Assembly (NCBI GenBank): GCA_964035545.1 | Contig: OZ037767.1 | Span: forward strand, 24,320,628-24,384,627 | From: Bugula neritina | Lineage: Eukaryota > Animalia > Bryozoa | Length of the DNA stretch: 64,000 nt | Direction: 5' to 3' | Part shown: piece by piece, positions 1 through 13,501 of the stretch | Numbering within the stretch: position 1 is the stretch's first letter | How the letters are laid out: every line of letters begins with the position of its first letter | Program-made: the position numbers and the translations under genes | The notes under the pieces: generated by a model | What the model was told of the DNA's origin: nothing | Seen by the model: the letters and a program-made list of their open reading frames with translations, nothing else | Databases searched by the model: none

Positions 1-1
1 A

Positions 2-3000
2 GTGACTACATTTGCTGGGAAATGTGAGGAGAGTGGTAACGTGACCAGCTCCCTCTCAGCTAGCGCCACTAGAATGGAGCATCCCACCAAATTATTGTAT
101 ATAAAAGAAGAAAGAATATTTTATTACTTGCTACGACAATCAATTCTGAAGCATGACTTAAAAACAGGTGAGTTTTGAGTTGAGCGTTTAAGTTAGGTAT
201 AAGATTATACTGTTTACCCAGCAGCTTTCTTGGTAATGACCGACTAAGTCACAGCCTGATATACATACATAATATTTTTAGGAAATGAATTATTTGCATA
301 ATATGTGTTATGATGGTTTACTTTTCTGCCGAACCATTTCAAGACATTAACTTCATGTAGGTCATTGAATTTCCTATAAACATTAACTTTTTACGTAGGC
401 TGGCTAAAATAGATTATTACGTTTCCAGTTACAGCTAAGCTGAATTACAATAGCAGATATGTATATCAAATGGATTTGCCATTTTAAGGAGCTTTAGCAT
501 TAAAAAATGCTTTTTGTTTTCAAATAGAAATAAAGGAGTCTAAAAATAACTTAACAGTCTCATACTATCACTCTATTATTATTATTATTGGCACTTCATA
601 GAATAATACAACGCTTACCTAGTCTCATCACCTGTATAGGGTTAAGTTGAATATAACCAAGTTATCAAGTGTTACTGCTCTACATTTAAATCTAAAAGAG
701 AAATGTCTGTAGATAGTATGGAAACAGCTTTCACTGCTCATGCTTTGTAATTGATTAAAATTATAACACAATTCTTTTTTATTTGTTGATGATGAAGAAC
801 CAACTTGTAGTTAGTAAAGCAGAGAGACTAAAGCTATTGGACTAAACATAATGTGATTAGTTGTTATATATCTACCACACATAAGGCATAGTGACTACTA
901 TACTTGTGTGCTCGTCAACATTATTTGGTTTAGTGATTCACTTATACAATGTACATGCATATTGTACATGTATAACGTATATGTATATATAATGTACATA
1001 CATAGTGTACATACATAGTGTACATGTATAGTGTACATACATAGTGTAAATACATAGTGTACATACATAGTGTATATGTATAGTGTACATACATAGTGTA
1101 CATACATAGTGTACATGCATAGTGTACATACATAGTGTACATGTATAGTGATGTGTATAACTTTGTAGATAGGATTACTCTGATGTACAAATCCAAAGAC
1201 AACTCTTTCAGATTAGCCAACTCCTTTGTGATAACCCGAGATCTTACATACCTTTATGTGGCTCATGTGGGAGGGGTGTGGAAATTCAGCACTGACACCT
1301 GGGAGCCCAGACTAATAGTCAGTGCTGACACAGCACAGGCATGTAAGTCACAAGTTGACTGGCTATCAGTCTAGTTATTAGCATGTCATAGTAGTGGTTG
1401 TGGTGATGGTTGTGGTTGTTGTGGTGATTGTGGTTGTGGTGGTGGTTGTGGTTGTTGTGGTGGTGGTGTTGGTGGTGGTGGCTGCGGCATTAAAGTTTGG
1501 AAATTGAGTTTAAAAATTTTTGGAGTATATCGGTTTTCAATATTTTTATAGGCCAAGCAATCTAAGATAGCTGGTACAGCTGGTGTGATAAATTGATGCT
1601 CTCTGTTAAAGGAAACAAATTCCATTGTTTTTGTTGGTGAACAAGGAAATGACTGAAGAAAGCTCTTGATTTAGATTTTGTAAAGGAAACCAACCATCTA
1701 GTCAAAGCAAGCTGTGAATGCAAATGGAACTCCAAACTTTATCTGTAGCTTAATTTTTAGGCTACCTCTTTGGACTAGGTTAACTGCAAATTTACCCATC
1801 ATTCTTAAATCTAGTTGTTAAAATTGCTGTTGAAGCATTTATTATGCAAATCTGATTTCAACTTCCACTTGCTCTAAATATTACAAGTCATTGCAACTTG
1901 CTAATACGGTTTGTGTTGACAGATGGTGGGCTAAACTGCTTCCACTTATAAACACACAAACAATTGTTTTTTACATCTTAAACTATATTGTAACTTCACG
2001 GGGACTGCAACAAGGGAAATGTGAAAAATTCGAGTTTTATTTTATTACCATTATGATTATTTCTTGTAGATTTATCTGGATTGGCTTGGTTAACACCTGA
2101 CCAGATACTGTTGCTAGCCTACAATGATGAGAATGAACTGGCTGTTACCAACCTAGCAGAAGAATCTGTTTATCCTATATGCAGAGGTAGTAGCTTTGTG
2201 TAAAGCCGTATTGAGAAGATTGCCAATTTATACATTCATCTTGATTCGCCCATTAAATCATACAATGATCTTGATTGGTCTATTGTTAGCAGTTATCATT
2301 GAGGAATCTGTTATTATCTTGCATACAATAGCTAATGATTTGGGATATTTCCAGCTAATCTTTGTATTCATCTATTTATATGAGTTTTTGATTGAGAAGG
2401 AATCTCTTTATTACTGCACCTAAACGTGACTATACTGTTAGTTGACTGTACTGTTAGTTGACTGTACTGTGAGTTAACTGTACTGTGAGTTGACTGTACT
2501 GTGAGTTGACTGCAGTGTTAGTTAACTATACTGTTATTGACTTTAATGTGAGTTGACTGTACTGTTAGTTGATAGTGTAACTGACTGTCTTAGGAGTTTT
2601 CTCACCATATTAAAGTGGCGCTGGCATGTTTAACTTTGAACAACTATAAATACTCTAAACTTGTACTTCAAAATTGTCACCAGCAAATATCACAGCATAC
2701 TGTACAGAGAAATGTCTGTGTTACCTGCACTTACCTTTTACAGCCTATTACATTGTTTAAAGGTCGCCCTGGTAATCTTTCTTTCAGCTGCCAACGACAG
2801 TGAAAAGTATGTATTGGATGGGAAAGGCTCATGCAAGTACTTGACATCAACTATGTTGTCAGTTCTGTCTGGAGATACGATTATTATGGGTTATCGGGCA
2901 GAAGACATGCGTGGCTTCTTGTTACAACTCAAGTATAGTAAGTACTTTACATGCACTTCGGAAATCTATGTGTAGACAGTAAGTACTTGACATGTATTTA

Positions 3001-6000
3001 AGAAATCTATCTGTATACAGTAAGTACTTTACATGTACTTAGGAAATCTATGTGTATACAGTAAGTAAGTTACATGTACTTGGGAAATCTATGTGTATAC
3101 AGTAAGTAGGTTACATGTACTTGGGAAATCTATGTGTATACAGTAAGTAATTTTGTGTACTTAAGAGATCTACTTGTATACAGCTATCTATGTAATATAC
3201 TAACCATTAATCAATGTACACCAGGTTATGGCTAGTGCATTAAACAATAATGTCATCGGTATGTTATAGCTTTCCTGATATATCCTTTGAGGTACAGCTA
3301 AATGTACTCTTAATATACTGACCATAGCCAACAAAATGCTTCAATTGCCAACAAAAAGGTTATTTGTTTTGTTATGGCAGGCCAGCCAGTTTGCGTGGTG
3401 ACAGAATTTATGGATAATGGGTGGATAATTCCGTATCAAGCAGAGTACTATCACACGGAGACTGTCTTGGTTTCTTGTAAAAGTGGATATCTTTTGAATA
3501 CAAAATACTCGAGTGTACGGTGTGAAGCAAAGTATTATGTGAATGATACAGTCTATGGCCAATGGGACAAGCCAGTACCCGAATGCAAGGTGACGTAACG
3601 AAATACAAAAATCCATGTATAGATTCAATATTGGCAATCAAAGAAATGTTCAATAAATTTCTGTCAGTGATTTAACATTGATTTAATGATTATTATCTGA
3701 TTGACTTGGTTAGTTTCTAATTTTAAAGTCATTTAAATTCGGAGGCCACAAAAAATTTATTTTAACCCAATATCTGACAGAACTTGTCAGATTACGTAAA
3801 CCCAACTCACTGAAAACTGAAGCAGGTGCGAGTTAGATGTTTCTACGGAGAAATTAGGTCATAGAGTCGTTTTCCTGTTATTTAGAAAGAGGTTATATTA
3901 AATCAAGTGACACCTATACAAGGGCAACTGTCTGGGGGAACAGAAGTAACTTTACGAGGACAGTTCGTTTCATCTGTTAGAGTGTCGGTGATCTATGATG
4001 GAGTTTCTACCACGGCCAATATTACAAGGTAGGTGGGAATAATTTCTAATGCGAAAAAGTTCATGTTATCATTTCTGGTTCTTAATAGTTGATAGTTTAG
4101 GACTACAAGTTTCTTCTTATTGCTATTCAATATAATGGTATCTCATTATAAGACCATAGAATTAAATCAGTTAGATTGTCAACTCTCTACGAAAAGCAAT
4201 TCTCATTATATTATCTATGCTTTATAAGAACAGTTGAAACACCCACATGGTATATATGTACACGTTTGTAGGCACAACCAAACGCATGTGCAGTTCTCGA
4301 TGCCAGCGAGGCCCTTCGTATCAAAAGACCCATTTTCAAACGAGACTCAAGTACCTCTAAACGCAGTCATAAAGATAGTATTTGATGACAACTCATTTCT
4401 AACAAAATTCACCAGGAACTACACATACTTGCCTAATCCAGCTGTAGAGACAGTTTCAAGAGATGGGTCGATTCTTAGGTAATGTAAGTGTTGCAGCTGA
4501 TCAGTCAATATTGTAAGAGTTATGTTGTGAATGCACTGGCAAGAACATAGCAAGAAGTGAACTAGAAGATAATATATGATCTATGGCAGCTGCGATAAGC
4601 TATAACTTACTAGCTATAATATGAAAGGGCTAGCTGAGAGAAGGCTTATTACAGTAGTAAACAAGCGCATAGAAAGTAACTGGCAACTATTTGTTCTAGC
4701 AAATAGATAAATCAAGACTTTATAATTTATATATTGTCGCTATCAATAAGTTAAAACTCATGAAAAGTTATATTTCAACAGTCACCACTTTAAATCTCCA
4801 AACAGTTATTCAATATAACTGCAATGTGCTTTAATTTGACTAGTCAGTTATTTTAATTATAGATTTTCTGTTGCAGCGGCGGCCTGCTAATGACATTCAC
4901 TGGTAGAAATTTGGAGTCAGCCCACTTTTACAAACTGGAGTTGTATTTCAGAATAGAGACTCTCGCCGTAGACTCTGTAAGTCACTATCAGCTGTAGGTG
5001 TAATAACTCTTTAGACAAACTGTGTTAAGGTGCGGCAAGTCACAGAGTCAGTTAAGGGTATCATGAATTAGAAAGATGACAACTTTGTAGAACGCTGCAG
5101 GTTGTAAGGTAGAATTTGAAAGTAATTTGCAGCCATAATATATTGAGTGTAAAGTGTAAACTCACAAATCAAGACGTATAAGCATGAAAACTTTGCTTTG
5201 GTTATTTGTTACAGAAGATATTTTTATATGTAGTATGAGTATAGTATGGTTTACTTGTAGTGTTTCACTCAATGAATTTACACGATCTCTTGTAGGAATG
5301 TTTTAAGGAGGGCGTAGGCCATTCTACACATGTGATATGTGTTACACCAAACGTTACAGCAGAGTATACAAGATTTGTCCACCGATCAAGTAATTCCTAG
5401 TCAACTTACATAAAATATCATTGATAATTAGTTTCTTAGCTATTCATATGAGTTTGGAAAGCATTTTGTATTTCATGCTGCTAATCAAAATATATATCAA
5501 TATTAAAGTTATATGTACCCCATACATTTCAGAGTAATTATTATAACATGCGTTTGTGAGCTTCATATAGATACCGGAGTATAAAATAGTAGAATATGCC
5601 AAGATTCTGTTTATTTTGTTGGTTTAATAGGAAATCAAATTTAAATTTACTCCACAAAATAGCAAAAAACTTGTTTTGACGCTGAGTTATATTTAGCTGA
5701 CGTCAATAATCTATACAGCAACTGCTAGAAACATGAGACGTGTTGGCGTTTTATTGGTTTACGTAGATTCATCTGATCAGGACACCTTCCTACTAACTGC
5801 TAGTCTACTCGGAGATGGAGTACCTGCGTTGGTTTCTGGCGTTGAGAGATTTGGCTATGCTGTATCTCCCAGTCTTCCACATTTTAGTCGAGTTAAAACA
5901 GCCATTGTAAGCTTTAGTAATTGAAATTCATATGCTTCTTAACCAAATCTCACAACACTCCAAAGCGTTTGAAAATGCTAGAAAGTTGTATGCAAAGTTT

Positions 6001-9000
6001 GCAAAATGACTAAACTAATACAACTGTTGAAATTATTCCTTGTAAATGTGCTTCTGTGTTTAATGAGACAAGTGGTTCATGATTGAATGATGAAATGTAA
6101 TATTTCAGCTCAAACTGAACTATTGTATAATGTTGATCAAAGCATCATCTCCAAAGTTTTTGCTTAAGCCAGAATAATATTGTATTATGTTTATTAGGCA
6201 TTAATTTGTTGAAGCGTTACAGTGTAATTACAAATTTAGTACTGTTTCTGTTGGTTTGCTTAAAGACTATATCATTATTCAAGTTTTAATGCAGCATGAA
6301 ATGCACAAATAAACTGTTGAAAAGAAGACAATGTGTAATAAGATTGCTAACTGTTTGTAGAATTATGACGTGAGACAAGAGGAACCTATAAACTTTACTG
6401 GCAAACATTTGAAACAATTTCTGTACCCCAGTGACTACCAGATATCATTTGTACCTGACTTAAGTACGCCACAGTTGAATGCTGTTCCATGTATAGTTGC
6501 TGAGTTGACAGACACGCTACTAACATGTCTTCCTGAAAAGTTGAAACTTCTCCAGACATTCAATGAAAGTGGGGCTGTGACGGTTGAGGCACAAGTAGGC
6601 TACTTGAAACTATATTGTTTTTGGGGTGTTTGAACTCGCGCTTCAAACCAAAATTTATTCAGTAAATTAAAGAACTTGTGTTATTGAAATTTTCCCACTA
6701 CTGCACCTAAATGTAGTTGCTGCCTTTTTTATTCCTACTTTCTTATTTACCTGATTGCAATATTATATTATGTAACCTTTAAACTGGCTGCCAAAAGTAG
6801 GCCATTGAATATAAATGTGTTTGACAATAACTGCTGTGTTGACTGTTTTTATAAAAAATTACTTTTTTGTAGATTAAAGTTGGCAATTTACTTTATGAAG
6901 ATGTTATAAGGTTGAACCTCTACAACTCAGGTATATTGAGACATGTATCAATTTTATCATTTTAGGACCTAAAATTTAAGATTGGATTATTTTTATATTT
7001 CACATGCAGCAATGTTTAACATGAACAAGCTATAGTACTAAGTTATAATTACATGTCTCCATGGGTATTTATATTTTTTGGAAAATCTTTCATTTCAGAC
7101 CAAGTTGCGCAGCCATTAGCTTATATACTCAGTTATAAAAGTGTCACAACTATTGCAATTTTTATAGCACAGTTTTGTGATCTCGTAACATCACCATGTG
7201 TTTTTAAAACTACTTAAAATTACATTAATACATGTGTATGTAACTTAATTTACACATCCAACATTAATAATAGTAATATCAGTAAAAATATTTGTTCAAA
7301 TTGAAATTTTAATAATAAAGTTCGAAACTGGATGCATTTTGTAAAAAAAACACGTCAACAGTTTTGTCTTTTGGAAAATTTTGTTTTTCTGAATTCTATT
7401 ACATTATGTTGTTTCCTGCAATATTGTTTGCTGTTGGTTCTATTATATTGTATATAAATATTTTAGATGATCCCAGTACAGACCCATTTTTCCCAAGAAA
7501 CTATTGGGTGATTCCATCAGCACTAGTTTTAGCTCTGCTGGCAGTGACTGCAATGGTTGTTGTTTTCCTAAAATTCTTTGAATGCAGAAAAAGAAGTAAA
7601 GCGACCGAGACTTCTAGCTATACAATGGATCCAGGTACAAACTATCAATCATACTGCAGACAGTTTTATGATGTAAATAGAATTTTATTAGTGCTTAAAT
7701 GTTTCACTTTCATTGTTTTGCAAGAATTTCTGTGTTGGGTTGTTTCCTAGTTCTCACAGCTGTGTTGTTATCAAGAATTTTGTAAGATAGGCAACTACCT
7801 AATTACAACAGATTTCCCATTTCTTTTTTATCAGCATCATGTATATTTCTGTTATGACCTCCCTTTCAGCTCAGCCACCATTCCAGGTACATCTTGTTAT
7901 CTTTCTCTCACTTATAGACTTTAAGGTGTTTCCCTTTCCACTTGTAATGCTTTCATTTATTGCATGTGTTAAATTCACAAAGTACTCCTGTCTTAATGGT
8001 ATTTTCCTGATTAGCTATAAAGTCTGTCTTACTCTAATGTCTAGTTGCTGTGTAAAAAGATGTTTTGTATATCAAATGATTGCTTTTCAATTCTCCTTTC
8101 ATTTTCTATAATAAAGTGTTTACCTGATTTAATCTTCTGTGTTAGATATTGTTTTTGATTATATTTTCCAATTTACTTACACTATAGATGCTGGCAATGT
8201 ATGATCATATTCTCCAGATACATGTCCTTATAGGAAAGCTGAACACTTGCAGTGCTAACCATATTACTAGTATAAATTCTTAGCCTTCATTCATTATTCT
8301 ATCAGACAAAGTCTTGAGTAGAAAAGTTGAAAGGGTGCTGCAAGAGTTCAACTGATAACATACTACTTCTATATCTTACAGCCTCCAACTCAAATTATAT
8401 GAATATGTTAGACATGTAGTTTAAAGATAAAGAGATAAAATTACAGTCTTATGTTTTCCTAAAACATTCTGGTGTTGAAAATAATTAATATTTTACTTAT
8501 AGTTGCTGATAGGAGAAAAAACTATTTTTACTTTGATGACGATTATACTGATATATTAGTAAAAGTAATTTTTTCATTCTTAGCCTACGTAACTGGCTTT
8601 AGAAAAATTATTTTAAACAAACATGACGCTTGTATTTTGCTTCGTCAGCTAAAGTTATCTCAATTTTTATATACTCTTTTTAGTTTTCTAGTCTATCTTT
8701 AACTCAACTTCACAACAACCTTGCAAATCTACTGTATGACTTTGCATACCACATGCCTAGCCAATTCTTGATGCATATATATTAGTGAGAAGTACTACAT
8801 TTGCATTGCACAAGCTAGCACGTGATTTATCTATGCAAGATCATGCTTATAAGCAATTTATAAGCACACATAGCTTCCATCTTGCATCATCTGACATTTA
8901 ATTTTCTAATGAATAATAAATTTATACTTCTGTTTTCTATATTACCTTATTTTAGTAAAAGATAAATGCTACAAGGCAGTGGGAGAAGATCTTAATGAAG

Positions 9001-12000
9001 AACTAAAACACAAGTTGAATCAGATGTTCATTGAGCCAGAAATGCTTAGCTTTAACCGTAGCACAGATTTGCTTGGTAAAGGTATGCATCTGCCCATGCC
9101 TCTTTTTAGATAAATTATACATTGACTCAAGACAAACTAATTTCCTGTAATATTTTACATGTAGACTCTAAATTTCACTGTATATTTGATATTTTTTCTA
9201 ATAAGATTATAGTTTCTTGGACTCTTTTTCACACTGCAAATTGTGCAATGAAAGCTACTTGACTAAAATCATTCACTCTTGTTGTTATTTATATTTGAAA
9301 ACTTTGTTAACTGCTGTCTCTGAATATTAACATTTTCTAAGCATTGCTGTCATTACAATTTGCAGTAATTTTGAACATTAGACCGCTAAATGTCTGTCAA
9401 ACACTGGCTACTAATTATTATAAAATTGCTTGTTTTAATAAGAAAAAGTTCTTTGGTATGAAACAAGCTGTATATAGTAGCGAAAAGCAGCTAATTGGGA
9501 ACCAACCAGTGAGTTTCATTCTAATTGCAGGAGCATATGGGAAGGTTTACTTAGGTCAACTTCAATGTCAGGGAAATACCTTGAAATCAGTCGCTGTCAA
9601 GACTCTAAAAGGTAAATGAATCAGCACAGACAAATTATTATATTCACAGCAACGCCGGATTCAAAATTCAGCCGCAACTGCAAGTATATTGTCAAGTGAA
9701 GACATCTGTTTGCTTATGTTACCACCATACATTATCTCATATTTGAAGTAAAGAACTATAACATTTTCAGTTTCAAATAACAAACATATTTTGCTTGTAA
9801 ATTTCTAAGATAGTGCTACCTAGTCTAACTATAGGTGAGGGAAAGAAAAAATTGTTCTCTTTTTGCTAACTTGCAGTCTGTCCGTATTAACTTTGAGTAA
9901 AGTTAGCAAGTCATTTTATCAGCTTCCTAGTTTTTCTATCCATTTTTCATCTCTTCAGCATTTCAGTCATGTATTCTAGTCATGTAGCTGTGCTTACTAA
10001 TATTATTATTCGCTATCATAATTACTGTTATTTGTTTTTATTATTACTCTAATTTATTGCTGAGCAAGTTATTATAAAGTTGTCATATTCCAGAGAGTGT
10101 GGATGCGAATTCAGAGCAAATAGAAGCGTTTCTAGAAGAAGCCACCTTCCTACAGCTTCCTTCCTCATTACTGTTATTTGTTTTTATTATTACTCTAATT
10201 TATTGCTGAGCAAGTTATTATAGAGTTGTCATATTCCAGAGAGTGTGGATGCGAATTCAGAGCAAATAGAAGCGTTTCTAGAAGAAGCCACCTTCCTACA
10301 GCTCCACGACCATGCCAACATTCTGGTGACTCTGGGGGTTGTGTGGAGGAGTGGAGAGAAACCGCTGGTGGTTTTACCTTACATGGCCAACGGAGATTTG
10401 TGCTCTCTCATCAAAAGGCCAGAGATAGTAAGTATTTACTCTACTTGATAGTCTTTGATCTAGTACCAGTTTACATATATACTTGACTTTATTTTATTAT
10501 ATTAAAGCAATGTAGAGTAAATAATTGATAAATAATATGTAAAGAACAATGTAGTAAGTGTATTAGCACAACAACTTGAACATTGGTTGTTGTAAACAGT
10601 GGTATATTTATTGTGATATACAAACTGTAACAATTATCTTGTCAATAAGTTAAAAGCTACGTGCATAATTCACTTCATACAAAATAAAACTAGTAGTAAT
10701 TTAAGTGCAGATGAACTAAATTCTCTTCTTCAGTTTTCATGCTGCATTGAGTCATGCAATAAACTACAGTTAACAAAAAAGCTTCTGTTATAGTAGGAAT
10801 AAAATAGATTGAGTAAACAAGCAAATTAGATGCATTCAATTTGCCATGACTTTTATATAGAGTCTTATGGTTAGAGCAGCTAAAATCTTGAGAAAAGCGA
10901 AAAGCAATCATTGCAGTTCAACTTTTTAAAGTCCTACAACCTCTAGCAACTTAAAATATAAACAAGTGTACTCTACTCATGTTAACTAAAAGTTGATTTT
11001 ATGACTGTTTTTCCTTAATAGAAATTTTCTAATGGAGACCTGATGCATTTTGGGATGCAAATCTCTGCTGGAATGGAATACCTGATTACACAACACTGCC
11101 TGCATAGAGATTTGGCTGCCAGGAACTGTTTGTAAGTAATGATGCTGTAATAATAGCATCAAAATTTGTCAATTTTTAATTAATAGTCTGAAAGATAACT
11201 ACAGTTTGCTGACTTGTTCTAATTAACAGTGCAATACTCCTATTGTATTATTTTTGATTTTAACTTGATTTGATACTATTTTTACAAAAGAATTGAATAT
11301 GTTGTAGAGTAGATAACTTCTATATAGTAAAGATTGCAGATTTTGGAATGAGCAAAGACGTGTATCGGGAAAGTTACTACCGAGAAAAGGATCAAGATAA
11401 ACCCAGGCCAGTGAAATGGATGGCATTGGAAAGTCTGCGGGAAGGGGTATCCAACTCCGCTACAGAAGTGGTCAGTCTACAGCAACAAATGTGTCACAAC
11501 TCTTTAAACTTCTTCGCAGTAACACATGGAGCTGTTGGTGTATTTTTGTATAGAGATAATCCTATCTGATATTGTAATACGGGTTAAAACTTGGTTGTTT
11601 TTCAAAATATCAATTTCAACTCGTTGATTTGTTTTGGTTCATATAGTAATAAATCAGCTTTCTCAAATATGGTGGGTGTCGGCATAGTTTTAAAGTGATA
11701 AAAAGAAATGATGCCGCGATATAAAAACCTTTTGGGTTTTTGAGGTATTATAGTTAGTTCAGGGAAAAACGCTAATGACAGGTTCTGCTTGTAGAAAAGA
11801 CAAAAACCTAATGAGGCTACGTTTTTGTTCTAATTTGTATGTTATTGCCATTAGAAAAATATACTTTGTTACAGTGGGCGTTCGGTGTAGTGATGTGGGA
11901 GTTGCTTACTCGTGGCAACGTGCCTTACCCTGGAATTTCCAACAGCGAAATGTTAAACCACTTACAAAGTGGACATAGACTACATAAACCCACTTACACA

Positions 12001-13501
12001 TGCCCGAAAGTGTGAGTATCTAATTATAGCATCACTAAATAATGCAGGAGTTTTCCTCTCTATAAAAATATTGATATCACAACTCCTACTAATTTGCTAT
12101 GACGCATGCTAATATACACTTCTGTTAGTAATTTTCATCTGTCTCTAGATAAGAGCAAGCTATAAGAGAAACCTATAACATAAGACATTTTAGCCTATGG
12201 CTCTTTATCCAGGTTTGATGTTATAAAAGAATGTTGGAATGAAACTCCACTGCAACGCCCTTCTTTCTCCCAACTCAAAGAATTTCTAGAGCATTCTCTT
12301 TCTATATTGGATGAGCCACCTCTTCAGAAATTGGGAGGTAGGATGGTGATTTATCAGCTGATAGCATATCTATATTAACCGCCCTGCCTCTGTACACATA
12401 GCCTGCACCATCATGAGAGTTTGCTATATGGAGCTTTTATGTTTGTTAGTTGATAACATGATTAAATAAACAAGCAGTGCATGATAACCAAATTTAAGCA
12501 TCATCCACTGGAGTCATGACAACAAAAAGTATATTTGCAGTAATATTGGGAATAATTGAAAAGTTTTTATTAATTAATGAATTTGTGTGGTTGAATAGCT
12601 AAACATTTACCATGTGTATGCCCTGGAAAAATTCTAAGTTGATAAAAAAAGTTACTACTTTTTTAGTACCTGCAAATTCTAAAGGCTCATTGCAATGTTT
12701 GTCTAAAAGGAGGTCAGATAATTTGACTAAAAATAAAAACAAAAATATATTATTCAAGTATGTGTGGAAAATGCTTAAAATTATGCCGTTGTTTATTATT
12801 TTTATGATTCCCATTAGATATGTTTTAACTGAAAGTTAATGCATCATATATGCTACAGTGGTTAATTGGGTTAATGTATAGCTGGTACTTTTCAGATGGA
12901 CTTTGTTATTCCTACGCTCGGCATATCACCAAAGACATTCCCGATGATTATTCGTCATCAGGAGTTTTTAGCAGTTCCACTATTACAGATGTGATTTATA
13001 TTGACAATGATTTGCTTAGCACAGGTACGATTAAATATCGTAGAGTGTATATAGCACCAGATAAACAAACTATTATCTTATTTCTTATATAAAGTTAAGA
13101 TTTTACTGTTTAACTTACAACTCCTCGGATTCCCAAACCTACAGATTTATTAAAGTTAACAAATGATTTTTTTAGCTTCGCATTATATAGTTATAGTCAT
13201 GATAAAATAATCTAACTATGTTAGGCTGTATAAGGCATTCAAATGCAAACAAAAATAGACTGAGATTTCTGATTAAGAGTTTTAAATAAGATCTTTGCTA
13301 GGATAGCATTAACTGCTCATTGTTTAAAATCTACATTGACATTAGAAGAGGAGCTGAAAATAAGTTTTACTGATATGCTGATATATTTGGATTACAGATG
13401 TGGAAGATAATGATGGAGATTCTATTGGTGATAGTTGTAGTATTGAAGGGGACATGACAACTATGAGCATACCCGATACAAACAGCATCTCATACTTGTA
13501 G
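2..13501 (+). CDS. MET/RON-like receptor tyrosine kinase, 5' partial (NHL-like propeller - Sushi/CCP - 3 IPT/TIG - TM - tyrosine kinase)
   Basis: Phase-consistent GT-AG exons: <2-167, 1169-1342, 2070-2186, 2788-2937, 3381-3589 (Sushi), 3886-4028, 4272-4478, 4877-4976, 5296-5389, 5719-5906, 6361-6594, 6873-6930 (IPT motifs [39 protein letters not shown]), 7467-7634 ([24 protein letters not shown] then RKR), 8956-9081, 9531-9611 (GKGAYG, VAVK), 10240-10427 ([13 protein letters not shown]), 11022-11131 (HRDLAARN), 11308-11470 ([19 protein letters not shown]), 11875-12011 (WELLTRG), 12213-12337, 12896-13024, 13398-13501 (stop TAG). Extra small juxtamembrane exons in 7635-8955 cannot be excluded. 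Confidence 0.9.
989..1150. repeat. 13-bp minisatellite (CATAGTGTACATA)n
   Basis: About 12 copies ending just before the acceptor at 1168; explains the three minus-strand repetitive ORFs at 898-1220. Confidence 0.9.
1391..1487. repeat. (GGT/TGT)n trinucleotide microsatellite
   Basis: Visible directly; produces the spurious Pro/Gln-rich ORF 1386-1625. Confidence 0.9.
2430..2590. repeat. 16-17 bp minisatellite (GAGTTGACTGTACTGT)n
   Basis: About 9 imperfect copies in RTK intron 2187-2787. Confidence 0.85.
2938..3185 (+). repeat. 41-bp minisatellite built on the splice donor (GTAAGTACTTTACATGTACTTGGGAAATCTATGTGTATACA)
   Basis: GTAAGT recurs at 2938, 2979, 3020, 3061, 3102 and 3143. Confidence 0.9.
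10021..10303 (+). repeat. Direct duplication (146-nt offset) of an intron end plus the first 64 nt of a kinase exon
   Basis: 10021-10157 is near-identical to 10167-10303; both contain TTCCAG|AGAGTGTGGATGCGAATTC. Confidence 0.95.

Noticed and set aside
898-1625. Minus-strand ORFs ([12 protein letters not shown]..., [11 protein letters not shown]...)
   Set aside because: Translations of tandem repeats in RTK introns.
7635-8955. Candidate juxtamembrane micro-exons (AQPPFQ ~7870, SNYMNM ~8382, [19 protein letters not shown] ~8502)
   Set aside because: They have plausible splice sites and Tyr motifs, but I could not find a phase-consistent chain. 7634 joins 8956 directly in phase, so they are left unannotated pending cDNA.
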